Positions 35,781 to 45,160 of a stretch of 64,000 bases of DNA are shown here, piece by piece. The stretch is taken from positions 492,629 to 556,628 of the forward strand of contig OZ244201.1 of the NCBI GenBank assembly GCA_965216825.1. The letters are read 5' to 3'. Within the stretch, counting starts at the first letter, position 1. Each line of letters starts with the position of its first letter. The notes below the pieces were generated by a model that saw nothing but the letters and a program-made list of their open reading frames with translations, searched no databases and was not told the DNA's origin. Position numbers and translations under genes: made by a program. The stretch comes from Parvibaculaceae bacterium. GTDB lineage: Bacteria; Pseudomonadota; Alphaproteobacteria; Parvibaculales; Parvibaculaceae.

Positions 35781-36871
35781 GCGGCTTGTGTGGCCGCTTC
35801 CTTGCGCACGCGCCAGAACCGCATCGCGCGCATGGCGACATCCTGCGGCACCTGATCGTAAAGCTCGAGCAGTTCGCGCGTTTCTTCCACGGAGCGTTTC
35901 TGGCCGTTGGCCGACAGCAGCGCCAGTGTCGAGAAGGTGGAGCGATCGAAGCGCGTGGCCTTGCAGGCAATGGCAAGGCCTTCGCCGCCCGGATCGCGCA
36001 GGATGGTCTCCGCCGTTTCTTCCTCGATCTTTGCCATGCGGGCAAACCCGCAGATCAGTTCTTCGATCCGGTTGCCGCGCACGAGTTGGACCAGGAAGCT
36101 TTCCGACAGTTCGCGCAGTTCCACCTTGCGGTCGATGAACTGGCGCGCCCGGATACGGTCCTCCGTCTCCGGGACGGCCTCCTTCATCAGCTTGCGTTCC
36201 GTCTGCGCCAGCGCCCGGTCGACGATTTCCGGATCGAGGTCGGCGGACTTTTGCAGGATGCGCGAGCGCAGCTTGGTCGACACGACCCAGAACATGTCGT
36301 GCAGCATGTCGGCGGGCAGGTCGGGACGTTCGAGCAGCAATCCCTGGAGGGCTTCGTTGCTGGAGGCGCGGTCGGCCACCTTCGCCAGCGCATCGCGCCC
36401 GATCGTGGCCGATCTATTGCGCACAAGCGCGTCTACGACAATGTCGCCGCCATGATCGACCAGCGCTTCGGAAATGGTTTCGTTGACGTCGCTTCGTCCG
36501 GCGACCGCGACACGGTGCTGGTCGCTCTGTTGACGGATGATGTCCAGAAGGTCGTCTTCGCTCAAGGCCAGGCTTTCCGCGAGCAGAGGGGAAGCTACGT
36601 CGATTTCGTCATTGGCCAGCTGGTTCACCAGCTCGCGGGGCGCTTCGGCCACCGTCGCCAGGCGCCGGGCCAGCTCGGCGCGCACCTGCGTTTCCATGGA
36701 CCGCGCGACGTGTCCCATAATGTCCGAGAAATGCGCGGTCTCCTCCGGAGAATATTTGGCGGGCTGTTCCAGAAACAGGTCCGTCACACTGCGCAGCAGT
36801 TCCCGCCGGCGCTCGCTGGAGGGTTCTTTGGCAAGATCGATCAGATCGCGCAAATGCGTGAAGCTGGTCAT
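35777..36871 (-). CDS. DUF2336 domain protein (copy 2)
   Basis: 364 aa with the same architecture as 14569..15654 (..LLAESLALSEDDLLDII..MLHDMFWVV..). Confidence 0.7.
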   Translation of the reverse strand: MTSFTHLRDLIDLAKEPSSERRRELLRSVTDLFLEQPAKYSPEETAHFSDIMGHVARSMETQVRAELARRLATVAEAPRELVNQLANDEIDVASPLLAESLALSEDDLLDIIRQQSDQHRVAVAGRSDVNETISEALVDHGGDIVVDALVRNRSATIGRDALAKVADRASSNEALQGLLLERPDLPADMLHDMFWVVSTKLRSRILQKSADLDPEIVDRALAQTERKLMKEAVPETEDRIRARQFIDRKVELRELSESFLVQLVRGNRIEELICGFARMAKIEEETAETILRDPGGEGLAIACKATRFDRSTFSTLALLSANGQKRSVEETRELLELYDQVPQDVAMRAMRFWRVRKEAATQAA

Positions 36872-37131
36872 GGCGGATGGAAGCCCCGTATTCCTCTAGT
36901 TCCCTTCGCTCAATCTGCGCGAAAAGTCTTAACAAGCGGTGCGGACGCGGTATTTCAAATTTGCGAAAAACCGCAGCTTCCCGGCAAGGTTTTGGGAAAA
37001 GCCGGGGTTTTGCCAAACGGCTCGGACAGCCCCGTTAACCTTTTGTTCACGATAATTGTCCGAGACTTGTGCTGCATTCCCGTAGCCCGCGCTTTTCGCG
37101 GAGCGGGACGAGACAGCCCACGGAGACGACG

Positions 37132-37308
37132 ATGGTCAAAGTCATCGAGTTCAGGCCGAGGGAGACCACTGGGAAACGCCGCACCTATGAGAAGGCGGCA
37201 GACGTGATCCCGATGCCCGCAAAGACCCGGAAGAAACAGCCCAAGCCCGCGGAGCCGCCGAGCCTGGCCGATATGATGGACCTGCCCTGGCCGCACGCGA
37301 CCGACTGA
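37132..37308 (+). CDS. small basic hypothetical protein (58 aa)
   Basis: The ATG at 37132 follows GGAGACGACG. There is no family support. Confidence 0.3.
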   Translation: MVKVIEFRPRETTGKRRTYEKAADVIPMPAKTRKKQPKPAEPPSLADMMDLPWPHATD

Positions 37309-37344
37309 GCGTCCAGGCTCAGGCCGCTGCGTCAGGCGGCCCGG

Positions 37345-37764
37345 TCACGCCATCGCGAGAACGGCCAGGGTGCCCGCCGCGATCCAGAAGAGCATCCGGA
37401 TCACGACATCCCGGGCAACGTTGAAGTCGGCAAGAACAGCGGCGAATTCATTCGGGATCGGCATCGGTTTTATGGGGGAAACGTTTGCGCCGCCGGTATT
37501 TCCCTTTGGCACCCATCCGAAAAGGTAACCGGGCACGGATGCGAACAACCGCATAATTTGTCCTGCCACTTCCCGCCCGTCAGACCTGCGGATTCCGATT
37601 TTCAACATCCACCAGTGAGTCAGAAGATGCTTGGTGAGAAATTGCTGGCCGAGAATATGTGCGCGCTCCAGGTGATGAAAGGATTGCTCAAGGGCACCCG
37701 CTCTGTAGTCCGCGCGCGCCTCGTTCATCTCGGACCGAAACATAGCTAACAGCTCCTGCTTCAT
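37345..37764 (-). CDS. DUF3703 domain protein
   Basis: LERAHILGQQFLTKHLLTHWWMLKIG..EVAGQIMRL motif. The coding region has visibly lower G+C than its surroundings. Confidence 0.65.
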   Translation of the reverse strand: MKQELLAMFRSEMNEARADYRAGALEQSFHHLERAHILGQQFLTKHLLTHWWMLKIGIRRSDGREVAGQIMRLFASVPGYLFGWVPKGNTGGANVSPIKPMPIPNEFAAVLADFNVARDVVIRMLFWIAAGTLAVLAMA

Positions 37765-37850
37765 CGTTATTGTCACTCCTTGATCCCAAACTTGGCCAAG
37801 CATAGAAATGCCGGAATGACTTGTGCCCGTATTGTATGAAACGCTTGCCT

Positions 37851-38600
37851 TCAGCGAAGCGGGCTAATGGCGGTGCCGGGGGTCACGCCAATGACATTGC
37901 GCATGGTCCGGGAAAAGTGGGCCTGATCGGTAAAACCGCCGGCGATTGCGGCAGATGCCAGGTCATCGCCTGCAGCGATCGCCATTGCCGCCCGCCGGAG
38001 CCGGCGCCACGTCACCCATTTTGACAAAGGAACGCCAAGCTGCTCGCTGGCAAGTGCCCGCAGCCGGGCTTCGGAAAGGCCGCAGTCGCAAGCTGCCCTT
38101 CCGATCGTCGTCGTTCCTGCCGGACGGTCCAAAAGTGAAATCGCTCTCGCGAGGCGGGGGTCTAGCCCTTCGTCTTGAGGAGAAGGCGGCGGCAAAAGGC
38201 TTTCTGTATAGGCCGGCAGGGGCACGTCGGAACCGAGCTGTGTGGCCAGGTGTTCGGGCAGGCGTGAGATATCCGGCCTCTCGGTCCGGCCCAAGAAGGC
38301 GCGGGCATGCCGGGATTGTGGCTCGACAAAGATGAGGGTGACGTTGTCGATTGGCTTTAGCGCGTGCGGGACACCGGGCCTGATGACCAGGGCGTCGTGA
38401 GAGTGTTGAACCCCTGCGGCATCCTCCACGTGGGTCTTGCCGGTGTGAGCGATCACGATCTGAAGCGTTGCGTGAGCATGGAGACTGTTGTCCCCCGTCT
38501 CTCCACGAAAGGCGGCCCAGAAGTCGCCAAAGAAGAACTCTCCATTCCAGGTTGATTTCTGATTTGCGGTTTCTTCCATGTGAATCCGGTATGCGTCCAC
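37851..38600 (-). CDS. AraC-family transcriptional regulator (cupin N-terminal domain)
   Basis: C-terminal HTH AGGFTDQAHFSRTMRNVIGVTPG. It is divergent from dadA. Confidence 0.85.
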   Translation of the reverse strand: MDAYRIHMEETANQKSTWNGEFFFGDFWAAFRGETGDNSLHAHATLQIVIAHTGKTHVEDAAGVQHSHDALVIRPGVPHALKPIDNVTLIFVEPQSRHARAFLGRTERPDISRLPEHLATQLGSDVPLPAYTESLLPPPSPQDEGLDPRLARAISLLDRPAGTTTIGRAACDCGLSEARLRALASEQLGVPLSKWVTWRRLRRAAMAIAAGDDLASAAIAGGFTDQAHFSRTMRNVIGVTPGTAISPLR

Positions 38601-38776
38601 TTCGAGCGGACTATGTATGTCCGCTGTCCTCTTGCATCAATTGCAGTGTCGGCCTTTATTTTCCTGTTTAGTCGACAGGACCTGTGCGGCAGGCAGGATT
38701 CCTCCATTTGCCGTCGCTTTCGTCCGCCCGCTTTGGTAGGAAAGGCCCACCTCATTCCAAGCAAGAGTCCGTCCGC

Positions 38777-40084
38777 ATGCCCGCCGCGTCCGATCCGCAA
38801 AATGTCCGCCGAAATGTCGTCGTGATCGGCGCCGGGATCATCGGCGTGACGACAGCCTACCGGCTGGCGCGCGACGGGTTCGCCGTGACCGTGGTCGACC
38901 GGGAGCCGGGACCGGGCCTTGAGACCAGTTTCGCCAATGGCGGCCAGTTGAGCGCCGGGGAAGTGGCCCCCTGGGCGGGGCCCGGCGTGCCGCTTCAGGC
39001 GCTGAAATGGCTGGGCCGCACGGACGCGCCGCTTCGCCTCAGGCTGAAAGCGGACCCGGCCCAGTGGCGCTGGCTCTGGCGCTTCTGGCGCCGCTGCTCT
39101 GCGAAAGCGCAGCGCGAAGCCGCGATCCGCAATGTCGGGCTGGCGCTTTCCAGCCGGACGGTCATGGCCGAGACGCTGGCCGAACTCGACGCGGCAGGAA
39201 CCCCCCTGGCGTTCGACCGCCGGGACGAGGGCATCCTGCGTGTTTTCGCGACGGAGGACGAGGTTGCCCACGCGGCGGCGGAGGCGGCAATTCTGGAACC
39301 TTACGGCCTCTCGCAGGAAAAACTGACACCGGCGGAATGTCTGGAGGTGGAACCGGCGCTTGCCTCCCTGCACCAGCGCGGCGAACTGGCGGGCGGGGTC
39401 TATTGCCGCAGCGACGCCAGCGGCGATGCGCACAAGTTCACGGTGGCCCTTGCCGCGGCGGCGGAAAAGCTGGGCGTTACTTTCCTCTACGGCGAAGAGG
39501 TCACGGCGCTGGAGCGTGAGGGCCCGCGCGTCACATCGGTGCGCACGGCGACCCGGCGGCTGAACGCCGACGCGGTCGTGCTGGCGGCCGGCGTGATGAG
39601 TCCCTCGCTGCTGGGCGAGCTCGGCAGCAAGCTGCCCGTCTATCCGGTGAAAGGATATTCCGTGACCTTGCAGGTTGAGGAGGACGGATCCGCCCCGACA
39701 GTGAGCCTCACCGACGAGGCCCGCCGCATCGTCATGAGCCGGCTCGGCAATCGGTTGCGCGTTGCGGGACAGGCGGAGGTAGCGGGATACGACAAGACGC
39801 TTGAGCCGGCCCGGGCCCAGTCCGTCCTCGATGCCGTGCGCGCCCTGTTCCCGGCGCTGGGGGAAGGGGCCGAGCCTGAATTCTGGTGCGGTCTCCGGCC
39901 CATGACGCCGGATGGCTGCCCGGTGCTGGGCGCCGTGCCCGGCCGTGACAATCTCTTTCTCAATACCGGCCATGGCACGCTGGGCTGGACCATGGCCCTT
40001 GGCTCCGCCGCGCTGGTCGCCGACCTGGTCGCCGGGCGGACGCCGTCCGTCGACGCGGAACATTTCTCCATCGAGCGCTTCTGA
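38777..40084 (+). CDS. dadA: FAD-dependent D-amino-acid dehydrogenase
   Basis: VVVIGAGIIGVTTAYRLARDGFAVTVVDRE..LETSFANGGQLS N-terminal dinucleotide fold and DadA-type motif, plus GHGTLGWTMA near the C-terminus. Confidence 0.75.
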   Translation: MPAASDPQNVRRNVVVIGAGIIGVTTAYRLARDGFAVTVVDREPGPGLETSFANGGQLSAGEVAPWAGPGVPLQALKWLGRTDAPLRLRLKADPAQWRWLWRFWRRCSAKAQREAAIRNVGLALSSRTVMAETLAELDAAGTPLAFDRRDEGILRVFATEDEVAHAAAEAAILEPYGLSQEKLTPAECLEVEPALASLHQRGELAGGVYCRSDASGDAHKFTVALAAAAEKLGVTFLYGEEVTALEREGPRVTSVRTATRRLNADAVVLAAGVMSPSLLGELGSKLPVYPVKGYSVTLQVEEDGSAPTVSLTDEARRIVMSRLGNRLRVAGQAEVAGYDKTLEPARAQSVLDAVRALFPALGEGAEPEFWCGLRPMTPDGCPVLGAVPGRDNLFLNTGHGTLGWTMALGSAALVADLVAGRTPSVDAEHFSIERF

Positions 40085-40113
40085 GGTCTCGCTTGCCGCC
40101 GGGAATGTGACCA

Positions 40114-40132
40114 TTTTGTGCATCGCACAAAA
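40114..40132. promoter_or_regulatory. palindromic operator TTTTGTGC-ATC-GCACAAAA (PhaR-type candidate)
   Basis: Perfect 8-bp arms read from the sequence, about 130 nt upstream of the phasin start. Confidence 0.55.
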
Positions 40133-40163
40133 TTCCTTGACGTAGCGTCTCGACCGGTTAAAT

Positions 40164-40180
40164 ATTGTGCAGCGCACAAT
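40164..40180. promoter_or_regulatory. second palindromic operator ATTGTGC-AGC-GCACAAT
   Basis: Perfect 7-bp arms with the same GTGC-N3-GCAC core, 50 bp from the first copy. Confidence 0.55.
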
Positions 40181-40262
40181 TCTGCGGGCCGGGGCCCGGT
40201 TGGGCGCGGGGAACGGGCACGAGGCCCGGTTCCCACGAAACGGAATGGATTTGGAGAAATCT

Positions 40263-40595
40263 ATGGGTACGACGACCGAGAAAGCGGCGCCCAAGGCGAA
40301 AGCTGCGACCGCGCCGGAAGCAAAGGAAACCCCGTTTGAACTGGCGAGCGATCTGATCGCGGAACTGGCTCAGACGAATTTCGACGAAACCATCGAGGCG
40401 GCAAATGCCCTGATGGCCGCAAAAGATCCCAAGACTGCCTTTGAGGTTCAGAGCGACTTCATGACCTCTGCCTTCAAGCGGAACCTGGACGGGATGCGCA
40501 AGCTGAACGAACTGACCGCGAGCGCCATGCGCGACAGCATGGTGCCTTTCCAGCAGCGCTGGACAGAGGCATTCGAAAAATTCCGCGCTGTCTGA
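40263..40595 (+). CDS. phasin-family (PHA granule-associated) protein
   Basis: 110 aa, helical, Ala/Lys/Glu-rich. The ..FEVQSDFMTSAFKRNLDGMRKLNELTASAMRDSMVPFQQRW pattern matches alphaproteobacterial phasins. The ATG at 40263 follows GGAGAAA. Confidence 0.7.
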   Translation: MGTTTEKAAPKAKAATAPEAKETPFELASDLIAELAQTNFDETIEAANALMAAKDPKTAFEVQSDFMTSAFKRNLDGMRKLNELTASAMRDSMVPFQQRWTEAFEKFRAV

Positions 40596-40684
40596 GCGCG
40601 GTCCGCTTCTCCCCCAGCAAGCGGACGCGGCAGCCGGCCGGTTGAGTAGCGTACCTGTTGTGTAGCCTGTAGCGTTTGAGTTGA

Positions 40685-40728
40685 AACCGGCCTGCCTTGA
40701 GGACCACGGGCAGGCCGGTTTTCTTTTG
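40685..40728 (+). terminator. Rho-independent terminator after the phasin gene
   Basis: 12-bp stem AACCGGCCTGCC/GGCAGGCCGGTT followed by a TTCTTTTG tail. It abuts the stop of the convergent PqiA-like gene. Confidence 0.75.
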
Positions 40729-41238
40729 TCAGGCGGCCACGACCAGACGGCGGCGCACCTGCGAGATGCCGAACGCGGAGAGAAGCACACCGCCTGCGAA
40801 GAGCGCGACGCCGCCATGAATATCGGCGCTGGTCAGCAGCTGGCCGTTCAGCACCAGAACGATCAGCGCGAACACGAACACATCCGTCATCGACCATTTC
40901 GACAGCCAGACCAGAACGGCGAGAAGTGCGCTGGGCCCGCCCAGCCGGGGACGGCCGCGCGCGAGCAGCAGGAGGCCCAGCAGGATCTTGCCGACCGGAA
41001 AGACCACCGAGACCGCCAGTACCAGCAGGCCGAGCGCCGTCTGGCCTTCCGCGAAGAAGGAGCGGATTCCGTCCATGATCGAGACGTCGGTCTTGTAGAG
41101 CCAGAACGAGCTGATCGTCACGGCGGGCAATTGCAGGCCGATGAGGACCATCCCCAGCGAGATCAGCAGCAGGACGGTCAGCCAGCGCCGTCCCTTGATG
41201 GTGCGGTCGAACAGGGCGGGGGCAGGGCGGTCGATCAT
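40729..41238 (-). CDS. PqiA-family (paraquat-inducible protein A-like) membrane protein, single domain
   Basis: ..VSVVFPVGKILLGLLLL..LSKWSMTDVFVFALIV motifs. The ATG at 41238 follows AGGAG. Confidence 0.7.
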   Translation of the reverse strand: MIDRPAPALFDRTIKGRRWLTVLLLISLGMVLIGLQLPAVTISSFWLYKTDVSIMDGIRSFFAEGQTALGLLVLAVSVVFPVGKILLGLLLLARGRPRLGGPSALLAVLVWLSKWSMTDVFVFALIVLVLNGQLLTSADIHGGVALFAGGVLLSAFGISQVRRRLVVAA

Positions 41239-41354
41239 CGCGCGCGAAGGCTCCTTTCGTGTCGAAAAAGGGCCCGTTCGGGCCATTAACATGGACCTAA
41301 GGATTGAAGCCTAAGCTTGTGGCGAAACTGTGCCGCAGCTTCAAAGGGTTTCGC

Positions 41355-42113
41355 ATGCGCAAGATCGGGAAAATTCTGGGCGTCAGCCTGTCCGCGGCCG
41401 GGCTCGCGGCCTGCGCGGGCCAGGGCGATTTCGGGCGCGACAAGCCGAACGAATTCTCCCTGCTGGAAGACCTGAGCGACCGTGTGGCGAGCTTCACCCG
41501 GCCTGCCGATCCGGCAGCCGGCCTGCCCATGACGCAGGAAGAACAGCAATTGCGCAACCTCGCGGCCACGGTCCGGGAGGCGACGAAATTCCGGCAGGCG
41601 GACCTGCTGGAGCGGATTTTTGCGGTCGAGCCGGAAGACCCGGGCGACAAGGCCTATTATCTCCATCTCCGAAAGGTTCATGCCGACAGCGGCGTGGGCC
41701 TGCTGAACGGCTTCGGCAACGATGTCCTGCGCGACATTGCCATGATCGACCAGTTCGCGCGGCTCAGCGTGGCCGTGGTGGAGTCGGACGGGCTGCGCCT
41801 CGACCTGGTGCGGCTTGCCATGGAACAGGACAAGGCCGCCTTCTCCGATGCGGTCGACGTCATCCTTCGGGTGGAAGACAACGGCAAGACCATCGACCGG
41901 ATGGCCGATCTCATGACGGCCCGCCTGCGGGGCTACCGCGTGGCGCTGGAACAGGCCGCCTTCGACATCCCCGAGCAGGATCTGCTCGCCACCATTGCGG
42001 AAGCCATCGACATCATGACTGTCAGCGTGGCGGGCATCGAAAGCGATGCGGTTCGTCACCGCGCGGTGCGCGGCGAACTGTTCGGCCGCCGCTCGAGCGA
42101 CCTGCCGGTCTAG
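41355..42113 (+). CDS. lipoprotein (hypothetical)
   Basis: MRKIGKILGVSLSAAGLAAC contains a lipobox. Confidence 0.6.
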   Translation: MRKIGKILGVSLSAAGLAACAGQGDFGRDKPNEFSLLEDLSDRVASFTRPADPAAGLPMTQEEQQLRNLAATVREATKFRQADLLERIFAVEPEDPGDKAYYLHLRKVHADSGVGLLNGFGNDVLRDIAMIDQFARLSVAVVESDGLRLDLVRLAMEQDKAAFSDAVDVILRVEDNGKTIDRMADLMTARLRGYRVALEQAAFDIPEQDLLATIAEAIDIMTVSVAGIESDAVRHRAVRGELFGRRSSDLPV

Positions 42114-42151
42114 AACCGCCGGTCCGTACCGAATTCAAGAGAGAAAAAAGA

Positions 42152-42520
42152 TCAGTAGCCGCGGCGGCGTCCCGGCTCGCCGGACCCGACCGTCACACCG
42201 CTGACGCAACAGGGTGTCGCCTGCGGGTGCGGCACCGTGAGCTTCAGATGACAGGTCGCGTTGGGGCCTTCATTGCCCACCTGGACATAGGTCCAGGCGC
42301 GGCACTGGTCGTCGCCGGCGCATTCCGCGGCGCAATGACGCGGGCCGTCGCGGCCGGCCGTGATGACGCGGTAGTCGCCCCCGGGCCGGTCCGTATTGCG
42401 TTCCATGAACACGGCAGGGCTTGCCGCAAAGCCGGGGCTCGCGATCGCTGCGATAAGAAGATAGGCCACCACGGCAAATGCGTAGTGCCACCGGTTCGGC
42501 TGTGAACTGTCATAGCCCAT
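42152..42520 (-). CDS. small membrane-anchored/secreted PAN/Apple-like domain protein
   Basis: N-terminal hydrophobic segment, then CAAECAGDDQCRAWTYV..GPNATCHLK..CCVSG, a PAN/Apple-like cysteine pattern. It is the real 3' part of the 244-aa track ORF. Confidence 0.6.
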   Translation of the reverse strand: MGYDSSQPNRWHYAFAVVAYLLIAAIASPGFAASPAVFMERNTDRPGGDYRVITAGRDGPRHCAAECAGDDQCRAWTYVQVGNEGPNATCHLKLTVPHPQATPCCVSGVTVGSGEPGRRRGY

Positions 42521-42650
42521 GAGTGTTCTCCCAATGTCGAGACGACACTTTATGGACAAGCCGTGGAAGAACCCTGAAACATGTCGTGCGAATTTTACGA
42601 AAACTCGCAGCAGGGTTACGGCCGGGTAAACGGCCGCAGGCGGACGTTTC

Positions 42651-43148
42651 CTAGGCCGCCGTCCCGTGACGCAGCTGCAGCACCGTTGGGCGGCCGTCGC
42701 CCGTGGGCTGGTAGACATGGGTGAACTCGCCGAGCGCCTGCTCGAAAGCCTCGAGCGTCGTGCCGTCGGGCACCTCGAACGCATCGATCCCGCACCGGGC
42801 CATGAAAAGCCACTGGTCGCGCAGCACATCGCCGGTCGCGCGGATTTCGCCTGCGTACCCGTAGCGCTCCCGCAGCAGGCGGGCATAGGAATAGCCGCGC
42901 CCGTCCTTGAAGGCCGGAAAGTCGAGGGCGACGAGCTGGAGCCGGTCCAGATCGTCCGCGATGGCTTCCGGCACGTCGCTGGAAGCGAGCTTCACGCCGA
43001 CCGGCGCGTTGCGCCCGGCCAGGGCATCACGGTCGTCCTGCCAGCGGGCGAGGGAAACGAGCACCGGCGCGTCGGCAGGCAGGTCCGCGCCGTCTTCGAC
43101 GCTTACCCATTTGTCTTCTTCAAAGGCGCCGTTCTTAATGAGTGGCAT
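42651..43148 (-). CDS. DUF934 protein (sulfite-reductase-associated)
   Basis: MPLIKNGAFEEDKW..LVALDFPAFKDGRGYSYARLLRERYGY..LRATGDVLRDQ is characteristic of DUF934. Its start overlaps the cysI stop by 14 nt. Confidence 0.8.
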   Translation of the reverse strand: MPLIKNGAFEEDKWVSVEDGADLPADAPVLVSLARWQDDRDALAGRNAPVGVKLASSDVPEAIADDLDRLQLVALDFPAFKDGRGYSYARLLRERYGYAGEIRATGDVLRDQWLFMARCGIDAFEVPDGTTLEAFEQALGEFTHVYQPTGDGRPTVLQLRHGTAA

Positions 43149-44793
43149 AGAGTTTCTCCTTGAACGGTTCCTTGCCGATCCGGCGGTAGGTATCGATAAA
43201 GCGTTCGCCGTCCTGGCGCACCGCGACATAGGTCTCGACGATATTCTCGATGGCATCGACGATCTGGTCTTCGGTAAAGGCCGGGCCGAGAATTTCTCCG
43301 ACCGAGGCGTTCTCGTCTGCCGAGCCGCCGAGCGAGATCTGGTAGAACTCGGTGCCTTTCTTGTCCACGCCCAGAATGCCGATATGGCCGACATGGTGGT
43401 GGCCGCAGGCATTGATGCAGCCGGAGATCTTGATCTTCAGCTCGCCGATCTGGTGCTGCCGGTCGAGATCGGCAAAGCGTTCGGCAATTTCCTGGCTGAT
43501 CGGGATCGAGCGGGCATTGGCGAGCGCGCAATAATCGAGACCCGGGCAGACGATATGGTCGGTGATGAGCGCGAGGTTCGCTTCCCCGAGCGCCGCCGCG
43601 TCCAGTTCCTGCCAGAGCGCGAAGAGATCGTCTTTCTTCACATGGGCAAGCGTGATGTTCTGTTCGTGCGTCACGCGCAGCTCGTCGAAACTGTATTTGG
43701 TCGCGAGATCGGCCATCACGTCGATCTGGTCGGCGCTCGCATCGCCTGCGACGCCGCCGACCGGTTTCAGCGAGATATTGGCGATCGCATAGCCCGGCAC
43801 CTTGTGCTCGGCGACATTCGTCTTCACCCAGTCAGCAAAGCGCTTGTTGTCCGCCATCGCCTCGTTGAGCGCGGACGAGTCGTCGGGCAGGTCTTCGTAG
43901 GCCGGCGGCTCGAAATAGGCGCGGATGCGCTCCACTTCCGCCTGCGGCAGGTCGAGCGCGCCTTTTTCTTTCACATGGGCGAACTCTTCTTCCACCTGAC
44001 GCTTCATTTCGTCGGCGCCGATGGCGTGCACCAGGATCTTGATCCGCGCCTTGTAGAGATTGTCGCGCCGTCCGTTCATGTTGTAGACGCGCAGCACCGC
44101 TTCCAGATAGGCGATCAGGTCGTCCGCCGGAACGGCCTTGCCGATCAGCGGCGCGATCATCGGCGTGCGGCCCTGTCCGCCGCCGACATAGACGTCGAAC
44201 GCGGGCTTGCCGTCCGCCCCTTTCACGATCTCGATGCCGATATCGTGGAAACGGATCGCGGCGCGGTCTTCATGCATGCCGGTGACGGCGATCTTGAACT
44301 TGCGCGGCAGGAAGGTGAATTCCGGGTGGAAGGTCGACCATTGCCGGATGATCTCGCTCCAGATACGCGGATCGTCGATCTCGCCTTTGGCGGCGCCCGC
44401 ATACTGGTCGGAGGTCACGTTGCGGATGCAGTTTCCGCTCGTCTGGATCGCGTGCATCTCGACCGAGGCGAGATCGTCCAGGATGGCGGGAATGTCTTTC
44501 AGGGCCGGCCAGTTGTACTGGATGTTCTGCCGCGTCGTGAAGTGGCCATAGCCCTTGTCGTAGGTCCGCGCAATGTGGGCCAGCATGTGCATCTGCTTGC
44601 CCGACAGCGTGCCGTAGGGCACGGCGACACGCAGCATGTAGGCATGCAACTGCAGGTAGACGCCGTTCATCAGGCGCAGCGGCTTGAACTGGTCTTCCGT
44701 CAATTCGCCGGAAAGGCGGCGGGCGACCTGGCCGCGGAACTGTTCGACGCGTTCCTGAACCAGCTTGTGGTCGAATTCATCGTAGCGATACAT
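43135..44793 (-). CDS. cysI: assimilatory sulfite reductase hemoprotein (nitrite/sulfite reductase family)
   Basis: 552 aa. RLMNGVYLQ..FTTRQNIQYNW and the siroheme/4Fe-4S cysteine cluster SGCINACGHHHVGHIGILG are present. The ATG at 44793 was chosen. Confidence 0.85.
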   Translation of the reverse strand: MYRYDEFDHKLVQERVEQFRGQVARRLSGELTEDQFKPLRLMNGVYLQLHAYMLRVAVPYGTLSGKQMHMLAHIARTYDKGYGHFTTRQNIQYNWPALKDIPAILDDLASVEMHAIQTSGNCIRNVTSDQYAGAAKGEIDDPRIWSEIIRQWSTFHPEFTFLPRKFKIAVTGMHEDRAAIRFHDIGIEIVKGADGKPAFDVYVGGGQGRTPMIAPLIGKAVPADDLIAYLEAVLRVYNMNGRRDNLYKARIKILVHAIGADEMKRQVEEEFAHVKEKGALDLPQAEVERIRAYFEPPAYEDLPDDSSALNEAMADNKRFADWVKTNVAEHKVPGYAIANISLKPVGGVAGDASADQIDVMADLATKYSFDELRVTHEQNITLAHVKKDDLFALWQELDAAALGEANLALITDHIVCPGLDYCALANARSIPISQEIAERFADLDRQHQIGELKIKISGCINACGHHHVGHIGILGVDKKGTEFYQISLGGSADENASVGEILGPAFTEDQIVDAIENIVETYVAVRQDGERFIDTYRRIGKEPFKEKLYATH

Positions 44794-44821
44794 CGCGCTG
44801 TCTCTCTTGTTGGGCGCGTCT

Positions 44822-45160
44822 TCAGGCGCTGACGGTCTGCTTTGCCGCGGCCTGCTTGCCGAGGTCGGGCCGGATGGTGGGGCCGGCCATGCGGATTTTC
44901 TCACGCACGCTGGCGGGCACGATGCCGTCTGCCTCTTCCGATACTTCGAAGAGGTAAGGCTCCACCACCTCACGCGCGTCCACCGAAGGCTCGGCCTTGG
45001 CCAGCAGGGCGGCACAGGCGTCCTTGCCGTCGGCAACGGCGGCATCTTTCAGCCAGTCCGACCAGGTACCCTCAGCCGTGAAATAGACCACTTCGCCGTC
45101 GATCAGGCGGTTGGCGGTGACCGCCTGGGTGGTGGCGCGCTTGTTTGTGTGCTGGGCCAA
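44822..45160 (-). CDS. DUF2849 protein (sulfite-reductase-associated)
   Basis: VTANRLIDGEVVYFTAEGTWSDWL motif. The start is assigned to a TTG 6 nt after GGAGGA and is uncertain. The track ORF starts at another TTG, at 45229. Confidence 0.65.
   Translation of the reverse strand: MAQHTNKRATTQAVTANRLIDGEVVYFTAEGTWSDWLKDAAVADGKDACAALLAKAEPSVDAREVVEPYLFEVSEEADGIVPASVREKIRMAGPTIRPDLGKQAAAKQTVSA

Noticed and set aside
38453-40294. 613-aa minus-strand ORF
   Set aside because: Antisense to dadA, whose + frame has the FAD-binding GxGxxG motif.
42907-44832. 641-aa + strand ORF
   Set aside because: Antisense to cysI, where the siroheme/Fe-S cysteine cluster is on the minus frame.
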